Source: Nitrosomonadaceae bacterium
GTDB lineage: Bacteria; Pseudomonadota; Gammaproteobacteria; Burkholderiales; Nitrosomonadaceae
Length of the DNA stretch: 32,000 bases
NCBI GenBank assembly: GCA_965248035.1
Contig: OZ252054.1
Coordinates: 2,084,371-2,116,370 of the forward strand
Direction: 5' to 3'
Part shown: positions 14,459-22,862 of the stretch, piece by piece
How the letters are laid out: every line of letters starts with the position of its first letter
Numbering within the stretch: position 1 is the stretch's first letter
Position numbers and translations under genes: made by a program
Notes under the pieces: model-generated
Databases searched by the model: none
The model's input: only the letters and a program-made list of their open reading frames with translations
Told to the model about the DNA's origin: nothing

Positions 14459-14968
14459 TTAATGATGCATTTTGTGGTGATCGCTGTGATCCTCGCCGTG
14501 CTGATCGTGAAAATCAGCATGCTTATCTGTTTTTTCTTGAGACTGTTTGCTTTCGTTACTCGACTCAGCAGGTTTAAGTGGAGTGAAACTAGCCGCCTGC
14601 GCATCTTGCTCTGGTAGCTTGATAAACACAACAATCTCTGTTTCCGGCGTAACTAAGAAGTCCCCGGCGCCCTTAAACGTATTATCGCAAGCGGGCTCCA
14701 GCTTAACTGAGGTTTTGGTCTTACCGGTTTTAAAAATTGCATCGCTTATGCCGCCATTAACGTTAATCTTACGGTCCGCATGATCCGTTACATAAAGCAC
14801 GATTTCTTTATTCTTGGCGACAACCTCCAGATGATAGGGTCCTGCCATACGCACTTGCCCACCATGGGGCGCATTGACTGAGTCAAAATACTCGTCAGTG
14901 TGCGACCAAGCAGGCAGTGATAAGATTAACCCTACAACTGCCAGAAAAGTAGCCATTAATTTATTCAT
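14459..14968 (-). CDS. Exported protein with an N-terminal His after predicted cleavage and a His-rich C-terminal tail; putative metal binding
   Basis: Signal peptide MNKLMATFLAVVGLILSLPAWS|HTDEY. The tail KHADFHDQHGEDHSDHHKMHH has 8 His in 21 residues. AGAGGA RBS. The gene lies 82 nt downstream of copD on the same strand. Confidence 0.75.
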   Translation of the reverse strand: MNKLMATFLAVVGLILSLPAWSHTDEYFDSVNAPHGGQVRMAGPYHLEVVAKNKEIVLYVTDHADRKINVNGGISDAIFKTGKTKTSVKLEPACDNTFKGAGDFLVTPETEIVVFIKLPEQDAQAASFTPLKPAESSNESKQSQEKTDKHADFHDQHGEDHSDHHKMHH

Positions 14969-15050
14969 TTCTTTTTTCCTCTAAACAATAATTGATTTGG
15001 GTCGCTAGATCTGCTCTTCGACCCAGCACCATTGTTTCTACACGACTTAC

Positions 15051-17075
15051 TCAGTGCACATGGTCATCTGGTGGCGGTAGGATTTCTTTCTCTCGCTTGA
15101 GTTGCGCAACCTGCTTCATCAATAAATCTATGTTTGTCCAGCCTTCCCCGTCGGCTTCAGGAATCCAGCGCGCCCGTAAATACCCGAAACGGTCTACTAG
15201 AAATTCCAGGTGCTTAGGGAATGCTCCCTCGCCGAGAAGATCAGGCCGCCCAAGAGTTCTGCGATACAAGATATAACTTTGAGTGATTTCTTTTGCGCCC
15301 TGTGTTACAACTGGGAAGGGAATGCTTGCTGTGATTTCTGCCATATTTTGTGAGTCAAGGTCATTCATGGGCACCGCTAACACTTCCGTATTGCTTTCAC
15401 TTAGCGCTTCATAGACCGTTCGTAGCTGATCAAGCCGCGCTCGTGATTCTGGCCACGAAAATAAAACTAATAACACAGCTTTCTGGTACCAAAAATCCTG
15501 CAAGATGCCGCTTGATCCATCGTGTGCAGAATAGGAAAAATTAGGGGGGCCTTGAGAAGGTTTATTAGGAATGACTTTAGGATTCATAAGACGTGCCTGG
15601 TAGCCACGAGACATGGCATGGATATAATTTACTACATCCCAACGGCCTTCCTCATCAAGCCTGTCGACAAAGCCTGGCATACCGGTATCAGGAATACCTT
15701 TGGTCAGCCAGTTAAAGAAATCCCCTGCCGTATGCCTCTCAGTATGTGGTTCTGTGAGCAAGTCCGCTGGCAATTTGGAAAAACTCTTCGCCAAAACTCC
15801 ATTTCCTTTGCCTTGGGGTCCGTGACAGGCTACACAATTTTCACTGAAGAAATGTGAGCCTTTAGCGATAGAAATAGAGTCAAATGGGACGGGTGTATTA
15901 CGATAGGTTTCTGGATAAGCCTGAACGGCAAGGGGAGGTAATACCACAACCAGTGCAAATACTATAAGCACCGCCGGGATACCGAAGCGGCGTTTCGCCA
16001 TCCATTTTTTTGCTCTACCAACCACGATTATCCCACCCGCAAGGAAAAGCAAGGCAAGTCCCCACCACACACGCATTCGCACGGCTGGATCTTCCCATGT
16101 AGCGTCGAGGGAAAAACGGAATGGATAGGGCCATTCCTCGATGATGGCATGTTTTGCTGGAATGGTATTCGCTAATATAGTCGCTAGTAGCACTATCAGT
16201 AATGCAAGTACGAATTCGATGCGAACCCACTTTCGCAACATTTGACTACCAATCGCTATCGAATCCCGCCCCTGAGCAAGGGATGGCAGCCAAGAAGAAC
16301 GTGCTCGCGAAGCAATAATGAGGATCACCACAAGTAGCGCAATCTTTGTACTGAGAAGCCAGCCATATTCAGTTGCAACCAATGCGCCGTAGATCGTGTC
16401 CACCGTTCGATCTGCAACAATTACTCCCGTTACAATGACGCCGAACATTACAGGCATCGCCACAACCGAAAAACGCTTTATGGTTTGAACACTAGATTGA
16501 TCGACTTCTTTATGTGATTGCTGCCCCGTGTTGTTGGTAAATAATATTAGGAGAAAAGCGGGCAGCGCTCCAAACCAAACACCTGCCAGAACAATGTGTA
16601 GTGTATACGGAAGGATTGAAGTCACGGAGAGTTCTTCTGCTGCAGAATGGCTCGCAAGTGACCCCACAGCTAGAGTGAGCATAGCCAGTGTTGCACATAG
16701 TGCATACCGCCATTGAACCCGAGGAGCGCTCCGAACGTAGAGGACCGCACCCAACACAGTAAGCGCAAAACCCTCACGCCACATCCAAATGAGCCCCGTA
16801 CGGGTTTTTTGCAAGAATTCGAGCCAAGCTCCTGGCCGCCAAGCATGTTCAGTTATACCGGTGGCCAACGCGGCAGAGGTGGAGAGCACCGCTAGCAGGC
16901 CTAATAAAAGGATGATCGCTAACCATGGCAGAGCTCGTTCTAGTCGAGCAACCCAGGGACTTGAAAGCACAGCTCTATCGTACGCAGCAATAGCAAGAAA
17001 AACACTGCCGCCTATCAAGATCATGTTGGCTACTAACTGAAGCCAACGGGCTAATGCCGCGATGATCTCGATCAT
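15051..17075 (-). CDS. copD: CopD-family membrane protein fused to a c-type cytochrome domain and a Cys-less thioredoxin-fold domain
   Basis: 674 aa. Residues 1-~385 are polytopic (CopD-like). CVACH heme motif at residues 414-418 (15822-15836), with a downstream GMPGF. Residues ~515-650 look TlpA/peroxiredoxin-like (KAVLLVLFSWPES...EVLAVPMND), but WPES replaces the usual C..C. The start overlaps the copC stop (ATGA). Confidence 0.9.
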   Translation of the reverse strand: MIEIIAALARWLQLVANMILIGGSVFLAIAAYDRAVLSSPWVARLERALPWLAIILLLGLLAVLSTSAALATGITEHAWRPGAWLEFLQKTRTGLIWMWREGFALTVLGAVLYVRSAPRVQWRYALCATLAMLTLAVGSLASHSAAEELSVTSILPYTLHIVLAGVWFGALPAFLLILFTNNTGQQSHKEVDQSSVQTIKRFSVVAMPVMFGVIVTGVIVADRTVDTIYGALVATEYGWLLSTKIALLVVILIIASRARSSWLPSLAQGRDSIAIGSQMLRKWVRIEFVLALLIVLLATILANTIPAKHAIIEEWPYPFRFSLDATWEDPAVRMRVWWGLALLFLAGGIIVVGRAKKWMAKRRFGIPAVLIVFALVVVLPPLAVQAYPETYRNTPVPFDSISIAKGSHFFSENCVACHGPQGKGNGVLAKSFSKLPADLLTEPHTERHTAGDFFNWLTKGIPDTGMPGFVDRLDEEGRWDVVNYIHAMSRGYQARLMNPKVIPNKPSQGPPNFSYSAHDGSSGILQDFWYQKAVLLVLFSWPESRARLDQLRTVYEALSESNTEVLAVPMNDLDSQNMAEITASIPFPVVTQGAKEITQSYILYRRTLGRPDLLGEGAFPKHLEFLVDRFGYLRARWIPEADGEGWTNIDLLMKQVAQLKREKEILPPPDDHVH

Positions 17076-17482
17076 TTGTCTTGTACTTTGCTCTTGCTCT
17101 TCACTGTGTAGTCAAACGACGAATCAACAATGTGACCGTCTACTGATAGTACCCTGAACTTCACTGAGTATTTTCCAGGCTCTAAATCAGGTAATACCAG
17201 TACAACGGATTTCGGGTCATCTGAAACAACGCGGGGCTTGGCATCAGTTACCGGTTTTTTGTAAGCGTTAAGAACAGAAAGTGAGGTATACGCGCCCTCA
17301 ATTTCTTCGTTAAACCAGAGACGCACTTGTGTCGGCGCTTTGTCCAATACTGCCCGGCGCGCCGGCTCTGCTTTAATCAACTGTGCATGTGCCAGCACTG
17401 GCGTAGTATGCCCCACCATTGACAGAACTATTGCAATACTTACTATGACCCGCATGTGCGCGGAAACTATTATTGATTCCAT
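17072..17482 (-). CDS. copC: Periplasmic copper-binding protein CopC
   Basis: HAQLIKAEPARRAVLDKAPTQVRLWFNEEIE...VLSVDGHIV is the CopC/YobA signature. I chose the start at ATG 17482 (MESIIV...) because GAGGG lies upstream. The ORF track extends to 17521. Confidence 0.9.
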   Translation of the reverse strand: MESIIVSAHMRVIVSIAIVLSMVGHTTPVLAHAQLIKAEPARRAVLDKAPTQVRLWFNEEIEGAYTSLSVLNAYKKPVTDAKPRVVSDDPKSVVLVLPDLEPGKYSVKFRVLSVDGHIVDSSFDYTVKSKSKVQDK

Positions 17483-17551
17483 CTCGCCCTCTTTCAAGAT
17501 TGTTGCGCCCAAGCATAACAAATGTTTATTAACTATTCATTCGACAGCGTT

Positions 17552-17580
17552 TTTTTAGTGTGGTTCGAATAAGTTGTCAA
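17552..17580 (-). promoter_or_regulatory. Possible internal promoter for copCD (TTGACA-17 nt-TAAAAA)
   Basis: On the minus strand, TTGACA is the complement of 17575-17580 and TAAAAA the complement of 17552-17557. It sits between the amoD stop and the copC start. Confidence 0.25.
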
Positions 17581-17588
17581 GCAATTTT

Positions 17589-18164
17589 TTACGAAACAGG
17601 AGCATCAGGTTTGCGACGACCTACCTTAAACAAAAAGAAAGCTCCTGCACCAATAGCTGCCATCATAGCAAAGGCCAAGCCAGAAGGCATGTTGCTTGAA
17701 CCTTGTCCTACCGAGAATGGAAAGCGTGATACATATTCCTGCTCCCCGCTTACGGTCACCAGACCAACAAAGTTACCTGGTTGGCTAAAGTTATGTTCAA
17801 AGTTAATTGATCCATTTGGATAGACTTTAGACGGTATGTGAAGAATCGTGATGCCATCAAGATCCTCTTCCGAACCAGTGTCCCTAATTACCCGAACCTC
17901 GGTAGGGAAAGGACGAAGTGCTTCCTCGATATAATCAAACGCCACTACTGTACGCCCAGTCACTGGAATATCTTCACAGAATTCTTTCTCTTGCGTGCTG
18001 TCAGGTTGATAGCCCGTAAAATGCATGGTGTAGGGACCAATCGTGAGCTTGCACATATCTTCAGCCATTGATAGTCCCCCGTGTGCTTGTATTTGCGTGG
18101 AGAATGAAAACCCAATCGATAGTATTAAGTACACCAATGCAGGCTTCATAAATTGTAAAAGCAT
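17589..18164 (-). CDS. amoD: AmoD (orf5), PmoD-family copper protein
   Basis: 191 aa. Signal peptide ...TQIQA|HGGLS and a C-terminal transmembrane anchor. It is a paralog of the upstream gene (shared HG....ED.C......M....YQP ... F.V.D.I..ALR..P...RV). Its position after amoB-orf4 matches the known amoCABED order. Confidence 0.85.
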   Translation of the reverse strand: MLLQFMKPALVYLILSIGFSFSTQIQAHGGLSMAEDMCKLTIGPYTMHFTGYQPDSTQEKEFCEDIPVTGRTVVAFDYIEEALRPFPTEVRVIRDTGSEEDLDGITILHIPSKVYPNGSINFEHNFSQPGNFVGLVTVSGEQEYVSRFPFSVGQGSSNMPSGLAFAMMAAIGAGAFFLFKVGRRKPDAPVS

Positions 18165-18230
18165 GATAAAAACCCTTATAAAATTGCAGACCCTAAACCC
18201 TTTTACTTTCCGTGTTGCAGTCTAGTTCCG

Positions 18231-18815
18231 TTACTTCTTAATGGAACGACGGGTAGCCAGCCAACTCTGCACTCGTTTCGTTTTTATAAATTGGTACCCA
18301 ATAAAGGTAAGCAGCAATAATGCTATCGCTGGCCCTAACGAACCACGAAAAACTTTTGCATAGTTGATCATCTGTACCCGCAATGGATACTGGTACCGAA
18401 CAGGCGGCACCCCTTCGCCTGTAATGAATACAGTATATCGCCCTTGATCTAAGTTAGCCCTTCCCCCGATTACCCCATCTGGGTGATAGCTCGGCTTCAC
18501 GATCGTCACTGTCTCATCTTCTGTTTCGCTAGTTCCTTTTACTACCCGCATCCCGACTGGCATGTCGCGTAGTGCTTGGTCTATAAGATCCACCACTACA
18601 AACGTTTCACCTCCCTGGGGAATTTCCGTGCAATATTGCGCACTCGGCTCATATTGTGGCTGATAAGTGCTTAGATGTACCATGCTTTCACCGACTCGAC
18701 GCATGCAACTGTCTTCTTCTATTGATACTTTTCCATGCGCACCAACCACACCTGTGTGGAGCGCCATAACAAGAATGAAAGCCGTAGCGCCTGCCCGCGC
18801 TGCTTGCTTAACCAC
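18231..18815 (-). CDS. amoE: AmoE (orf4), AmoD paralog
   Basis: Signal peptide ...GVVGA|HGKVS and a C-terminal transmembrane anchor. I place the start at GTG 18815, 8 nt after AGGAGG. The ORF-track TTG at 18821 is only 2 nt from the RBS. Confidence 0.85.
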   Translation of the reverse strand: MVKQAARAGATAFILVMALHTGVVGAHGKVSIEEDSCMRRVGESMVHLSTYQPQYEPSAQYCTEIPQGGETFVVVDLIDQALRDMPVGMRVVKGTSETEDETVTIVKPSYHPDGVIGGRANLDQGRYTVFITGEGVPPVRYQYPLRVQMINYAKVFRGSLGPAIALLLLTFIGYQFIKTKRVQSWLATRRSIKK

Positions 18816-18935
18816 GGACAAACCCTCCTGTTTTGGTATTACAATGACTTGTTATTTAATTTATCCCGATAGTGCCTCTGATGTGATCTATTGTTAGACA
18901 CCCCGGTAATTATTTCGTTGTCCTCAAAAAAACCG

Positions 18936-18984
18936 ATCCACCTTCCCGTCATATGACGGGGGGGGCGGATCGGTGTCATGCCTG
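18936..18984 (-). terminator. Strong rho-independent terminator after amoB
   Basis: Minus strand: ACCGATCCgcc-CCCGTCatatGACGGG-aagGtGGATCGGT followed by TTTTTTT. This is nested outer (8-11 bp) and inner (6 bp) stems, then a U7 tract. Confidence 0.8.
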
Positions 18985-18991
18985 TCTTGCC

Positions 18992-20257
18992 TTAGAGCTT
19001 GGTAAAGACTGGAATAACAGGACCGGCTATGCTGTTGATGTTGCGATCACCCGAATCGGTCCAGGTTATCACCAACCCACCAAAACGGCTTTCCGGATCG
19101 CCCATCAAGGCCATTAGTCGCTGCACTTCCCACAGCGCATCCTTCGCTTCCATTTTTACCTCACGGGTCTCACCGGGCTCAATTGGCGTAGGGTCCGCCA
19201 ATGATAAACCAGTTGCCACGAGCTCCCTTGGATAGAACCGATCGAGATACTTCAGCCCCACTTTGTTGATGAACCGAACACCTGCTGTGGTGAATTCCCC
19301 GAGTCTAACGGCTTCATCTCCACTGTTGGTGATCAACATGGTTACGCGCAGAGCACGCCCCGGTACGTCGTAGTTCGCATTCGTCACCTTAATCGCGATA
19401 GGGTTAGGTTTCACCGGAAGCGGCTTGATCTTTGTCTCACCGGCCTGGAGAGGAACGGTATAGGGATACTTGGTCTCCGTATAACGGTAGCCTCCCCACA
19501 CGAGAGCAGAAACCAGGATCAGGTAGATCCATGCCAGTCTTGTGTCCGCCGGGTCAATCATCGGCTCATCCCCGTATGCCAAGAGAACCCGGCTACGTGG
19601 CAGAAACATCGGCCGAGCAACATACCAACCAATCCAGAAGAGCCCAAGACCCATCCATATAAGATGCCACGTGACAGCATTGGCATGGTTGAAGGTTTCT
19701 GAATCGATGGTTTGCCCTGTCAACAGCTTTACCGGGTTTTCAAAGTCATCCCAGCTACCTGAGATACTCATCCAGGACCCCGGTCCAGCAATCGGCCCCG
19801 CATCCTTTATGTTTACCATCGCGTGTATGTGGTGACGACCTGGTATCCGCGCCTTCAGCCTAGCCACGAACTCGTAGTCCCGACCAATAACCATTGGTCC
19901 TGCAATGAACGCTGGCTCACCATTTAGTTTTACGCTCAAGCGCACAAACACCGGACTTGGGCTACCTATGTTGAAGAACGCACGATGAGGTTTGCCAACT
20001 GTAGCTGGCCAGTCTTCAGCCAAATGGAATTTGCCTTTCATGATCGCTACATCGTTGACTTTGGTCGCCTTTCCTCCCTTTGATTCCTCTCCCCACTCCA
20101 CGTCGTACCATTGGATGGTACGCATCCGTAGGAACGGTTCTTGGGCGCGTTCGCCATGGGCGGCAACGGGAGAAACATCAACTACCAGAGCAAGGGTAAG
20201 TATAGCCATTCCGTATAGGCCAAGGACACACCCTTTAAATATTTTTTTTATGTTCAT
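18992..20257 (-). CDS. amoB: Ammonia monooxygenase subunit B
   Basis: 421 aa. Signal peptide ...PVAA|[20 protein letters not shown]. Overall AmoB/PmoB-like. The ATG overlaps the amoA stop by 1 nt (TAATG). Confidence 0.97.
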   Translation of the reverse strand: MNIKKIFKGCVLGLYGMAILTLALVVDVSPVAAHGERAQEPFLRMRTIQWYDVEWGEESKGGKATKVNDVAIMKGKFHLAEDWPATVGKPHRAFFNIGSPSPVFVRLSVKLNGEPAFIAGPMVIGRDYEFVARLKARIPGRHHIHAMVNIKDAGPIAGPGSWMSISGSWDDFENPVKLLTGQTIDSETFNHANAVTWHLIWMGLGLFWIGWYVARPMFLPRSRVLLAYGDEPMIDPADTRLAWIYLILVSALVWGGYRYTETKYPYTVPLQAGETKIKPLPVKPNPIAIKVTNANYDVPGRALRVTMLITNSGDEAVRLGEFTTAGVRFINKVGLKYLDRFYPRELVATGLSLADPTPIEPGETREVKMEAKDALWEVQRLMALMGDPESRFGGLVITWTDSGDRNINSIAGPVIPVFTKL

Positions 20258-21087
20258 TATTTTATCCCCTCTGGAAAGCCTTCTTCGCCAAAAGCGGTAA
20301 CATCCATCTTCTCTGTTACCCGCCCTCTAGGACCCTTGACGTAATAGAACGCGGTGCAGAAGAACGCTCCTAAGTACCACCAGAGAACGAACACCAGCAT
20401 AGACATAAAAGCTGAGAAGAACGCGGCAATTACCGTGGTATGACCACCGAAGGTACGTAGCGAGCCTTGTTCAATTAACCGCACATACTCAGGTGTGCCA
20501 GTACGAACATAGAGGAATCCGGTGTAGTCAGCTAGCGAGAGCAATGTTCCTTCTACCACCAATGGGAGGTGAGTCGGTCCAAAGATTGGCCAGTTACCCG
20601 GATAAAACAGTAGCCCAAAAGCGCCACCACCAACCAGTGCTGTGATCATCCAGTTACGGGTCAACAATAGCACCGTGTCCATGATCAATGCCCCAGGAAT
20701 CATCGTAGAGGGCACGACAAAGTTGATTGGATAATGAGACCACCAGTAGAAACCCCAATAACGCGTTAGCCACTCACCAGTAAGCAAACAACAAACACAT
20801 AGTGTTGCGCCAAATGGTTGCCGGTAATTTACCCAAAGATAGTACATGATGGTGGAACAATAGGTAATTCCTACAATGGGAGTTATCACTGGCCACCATT
20901 GACGGTCTTTCCAGTCAAGCCAGAAATCCCAGTCCCCTGCAAGTAACATGAAGTGCATGTGGTAGGTGCCGACCAAAAGTATGCATAGAATCGGAAAATA
21001 GACCAGATCTATGTACCTAGACATGCTTACCGCTTCTGGCGGCATCTTTGCCAGCTTTATAATTTCGTCTGTTTTAAAAATTGCCAT
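20257..21087 (-). CDS. amoA: Ammonia monooxygenase subunit A
   Basis: 276 aa, near-identical in long stretches to betaproteobacterial AmoA as I recall it ([65 protein letters not shown]). Confidence 0.98.
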   Translation of the reverse strand: MAIFKTDEIIKLAKMPPEAVSMSRYIDLVYFPILCILLVGTYHMHFMLLAGDWDFWLDWKDRQWWPVITPIVGITYCSTIMYYLWVNYRQPFGATLCVCCLLTGEWLTRYWGFYWWSHYPINFVVPSTMIPGALIMDTVLLLTRNWMITALVGGGAFGLLFYPGNWPIFGPTHLPLVVEGTLLSLADYTGFLYVRTGTPEYVRLIEQGSLRTFGGHTTVIAAFFSAFMSMLVFVLWWYLGAFFCTAFYYVKGPRGRVTEKMDVTAFGEEGFPEGIK

Positions 21088-21194
21088 TGTTTCCCCCTTC
21101 AGGTATGTCGTACGATCTTAAACATGAAAAAATCTGTGTGCAAACCTGCCGCTCTTCTCTCTTCTATTACGGTAACTCTCGGCGGATATTACAA

Positions 21195-21247
21195 CTGCTC
21201 CCTACTGGTTCACCTAACCCTGCTCACTGAATAAACAGGGAGCAGGG
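21195..21247 (-). other. Mutually exclusive RNA pairings in the amoC-amoA spacer
   Basis: CTGCTCCCT (21195-21203) is complementary to AGGGAGCAG (21237-21245). CCCTGCTC (21218-21225) is complementary to GAGCAGGG (21240-21247). The two helices share 21240-21245. Confidence 0.4.
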
Positions 21248-21270
21248 GGGACGTAGGAGGGCATTTACGA

Positions 21271-22080
21271 TTAAAGCCGATTGTTTAGAATGACCTTGCT
21301 TTGGTTGTTCCAGATCACATCTGTCAGGTTGGAGTAGCGAGTGATGATCTGCGCTGCAACCCCACCAGCAAACAGACCAGACCAACCCAGAATCACGAAG
21401 CCCCAATGTAGCGGTGCACTGAAGAGTTCTTCCATGAACCAGAAGGCATGACCCCATTCGTTAAGACCAACGTTTGGCAGAATCATCAGCGGCCCAGCAA
21501 TCGCGAAAACCAAAGGAAACGATACGCCCCTGCTGTACTGTGGTAAACGGGTTATAGCATACAGATAACTGGCTACCCCACAGCAGATGTACATCGGGAA
21601 GGAACCATAAAATACGACAACATGACTAGGTGTAAAACTAGTATCGCGTATGATCACTTGGTGCCAGGAGGCATCTTGTTCGGTGAAGAAGCTGCCACCC
21701 CAGTAAACTCCAAAGAGGTAAACCCCCAGCCACATCATCCAGTAGAAATAACGTTTGACTTCCTTCTTCGGATCTAGGTTATCCAGTTGTTCTTTGGTGT
21801 CCCGCGTCTTCCACAGCCAGCCCCAGGTAACCAATGCAAATGTCGGCCATACAACCATATGTACGCGCCACAGACCCATCCAGACTCTTTCAAATTCTGG
21901 TTCCATCGAGTCCATTCCGTGCGAGTAAGCATAGGTGCGCTGAAACCAAATCCAGAATATTGCTACCCCTAACATGGTAAGCAAGCCAACCCAATACAAC
22001 TTCGAGTCATACCACTGTGACCGGTCCCAGCCACCCGACGTTGTGGCTGCCGTCCCAGTCGTTCCATATGTTGTTGCCAT
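21271..22080 (-). CDS. amoC: Ammonia monooxygenase subunit C
   Basis: 269 aa, polytopic, AmoC/PmoC-like ([11 protein letters not shown]..., [38 protein letters not shown]). AGGAGGGA RBS. Confidence 0.97.
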   Translation of the reverse strand: MATTYGTTGTAATTSGGWDRSQWYDSKLYWVGLLTMLGVAIFWIWFQRTYAYSHGMDSMEPEFERVWMGLWRVHMVVWPTFALVTWGWLWKTRDTKEQLDNLDPKKEVKRYFYWMMWLGVYLFGVYWGGSFFTEQDASWHQVIIRDTSFTPSHVVVFYGSFPMYICCGVASYLYAITRLPQYSRGVSFPLVFAIAGPLMILPNVGLNEWGHAFWFMEELFSAPLHWGFVILGWSGLFAGGVAAQIITRYSNLTDVIWNNQSKVILNNRL

Positions 22081-22201
22081 TTTCGTTCCCTCCTATCCCA
22101 TTAAATATGAACAACGACTTTCAAAACCTTCGCGTCGACAATAACTCCTGGTGATCTAGTGCCTTAACTTTTTTCGCCGACTATCAACCCGCTCAGGTTA
22201 G

Positions 22202-22236
22202 CTGACAAAAGTGCTTCAAGTCAAGCAATTTGTCAG
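22202..22236. promoter_or_regulatory. 8-bp inverted repeat CTGACAAA-N19-TTTGTCAG upstream of amoC
   Basis: 22202-22209 and 22229-22236 are exact reverse complements. On the minus strand they bracket CTTGACTT (a -35-like TTGACT), about 120-155 nt upstream of the amoC ATG. Confidence 0.35.
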
Positions 22237-22862
22237 TCAATGTGGAGACCAAAACCACTGGTTAAAAATTACAACATTTTGCCTAATATCAGTATAAATT
22301 AGGGGCCATGACTAGCACAGTAGGTGTAATGTTATGTTAACTCTCTGTTATGGCATTAGAATAATGGCACTATAGCTGCTCAAAAATTACTAATGCTCAA
22401 TTCGGGAATTGAGAAAATTGAATTGCTATTTTTTAGATGCTTTCTTACTCATACTTCCTAAATCTTTCAACCTAATGGCTTAAACCGTAATAGCGGTAAC
22501 AGTCCACTTGTATTGATGCGTTAACACATCGAAAATATTTTGTGATTTGCAAGCACATCAGTCTAGCAAAATTTTAGTGAATAAATCCTATTTCAATGCT
22601 CACTGGATTAAGGGCAATGGTTTTGACTTGAATGCGTACTGTAAGACCATAGTATTTGGCCGCACTGAATACCAATCTGGACCATCCCTATTATGACGGA
22701 TATATAGATTCTATTTACTTTCGAGGTTCATCCAATATCGAAAATGCTTCACTGACGTCATAATCAGAAGCTGAGCATGGCAATCAATGGTACACAAACG
22801 TAGGAGTGGTCAGCACCATTCGCATTATTTTAGTATCGATTTATTTTAAACACTGAGCTACC

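Noticed and set aside
14305-14634. ORFs 14305..14634 (-) and 14378..14617 (+) at the MFS / His-rich gene junction
   Set aside because: They overlap the His-rich gene's 3' end or the convergent intergenic region. The sequence is hydrophobic and low in complexity with no RBS. The AT-rich hairpin TAAAGCA/TGCTTTA (14383-14404) is more likely a weak bidirectional terminator than coding.
17555-17575. GGTTCGAAT, a tRNA T-loop-like string
   Set aside because: No flanking T-stem complementarity, acceptor stem or anticodon arm can be drawn. It sits in the amoD-copC spacer.
18968-18975. G8 homopolymer as a possible phase-variation tract
   Set aside because: It lies in the stem and spacer of the amoB terminator rather than in a coding region or promoter spacer. 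Length changes would only modestly alter hairpin geometry.
15350-21972. Numerous 60-111 aa plus-strand ORFs inside copD, amoD, amoE, amoB, amoA and amoC (for example 15522..15857, 16789..17040, 19542..19835, 19992..20300), plus the minus-strand ORF 21224..21457
   Set aside because: The plus-strand ORFs are shadow ORFs antisense to strongly supported genes. 21224..21457 is an out-of-frame, same-strand ORF overlapping the amoC 3' end. None has an RBS or a recognisable motif.
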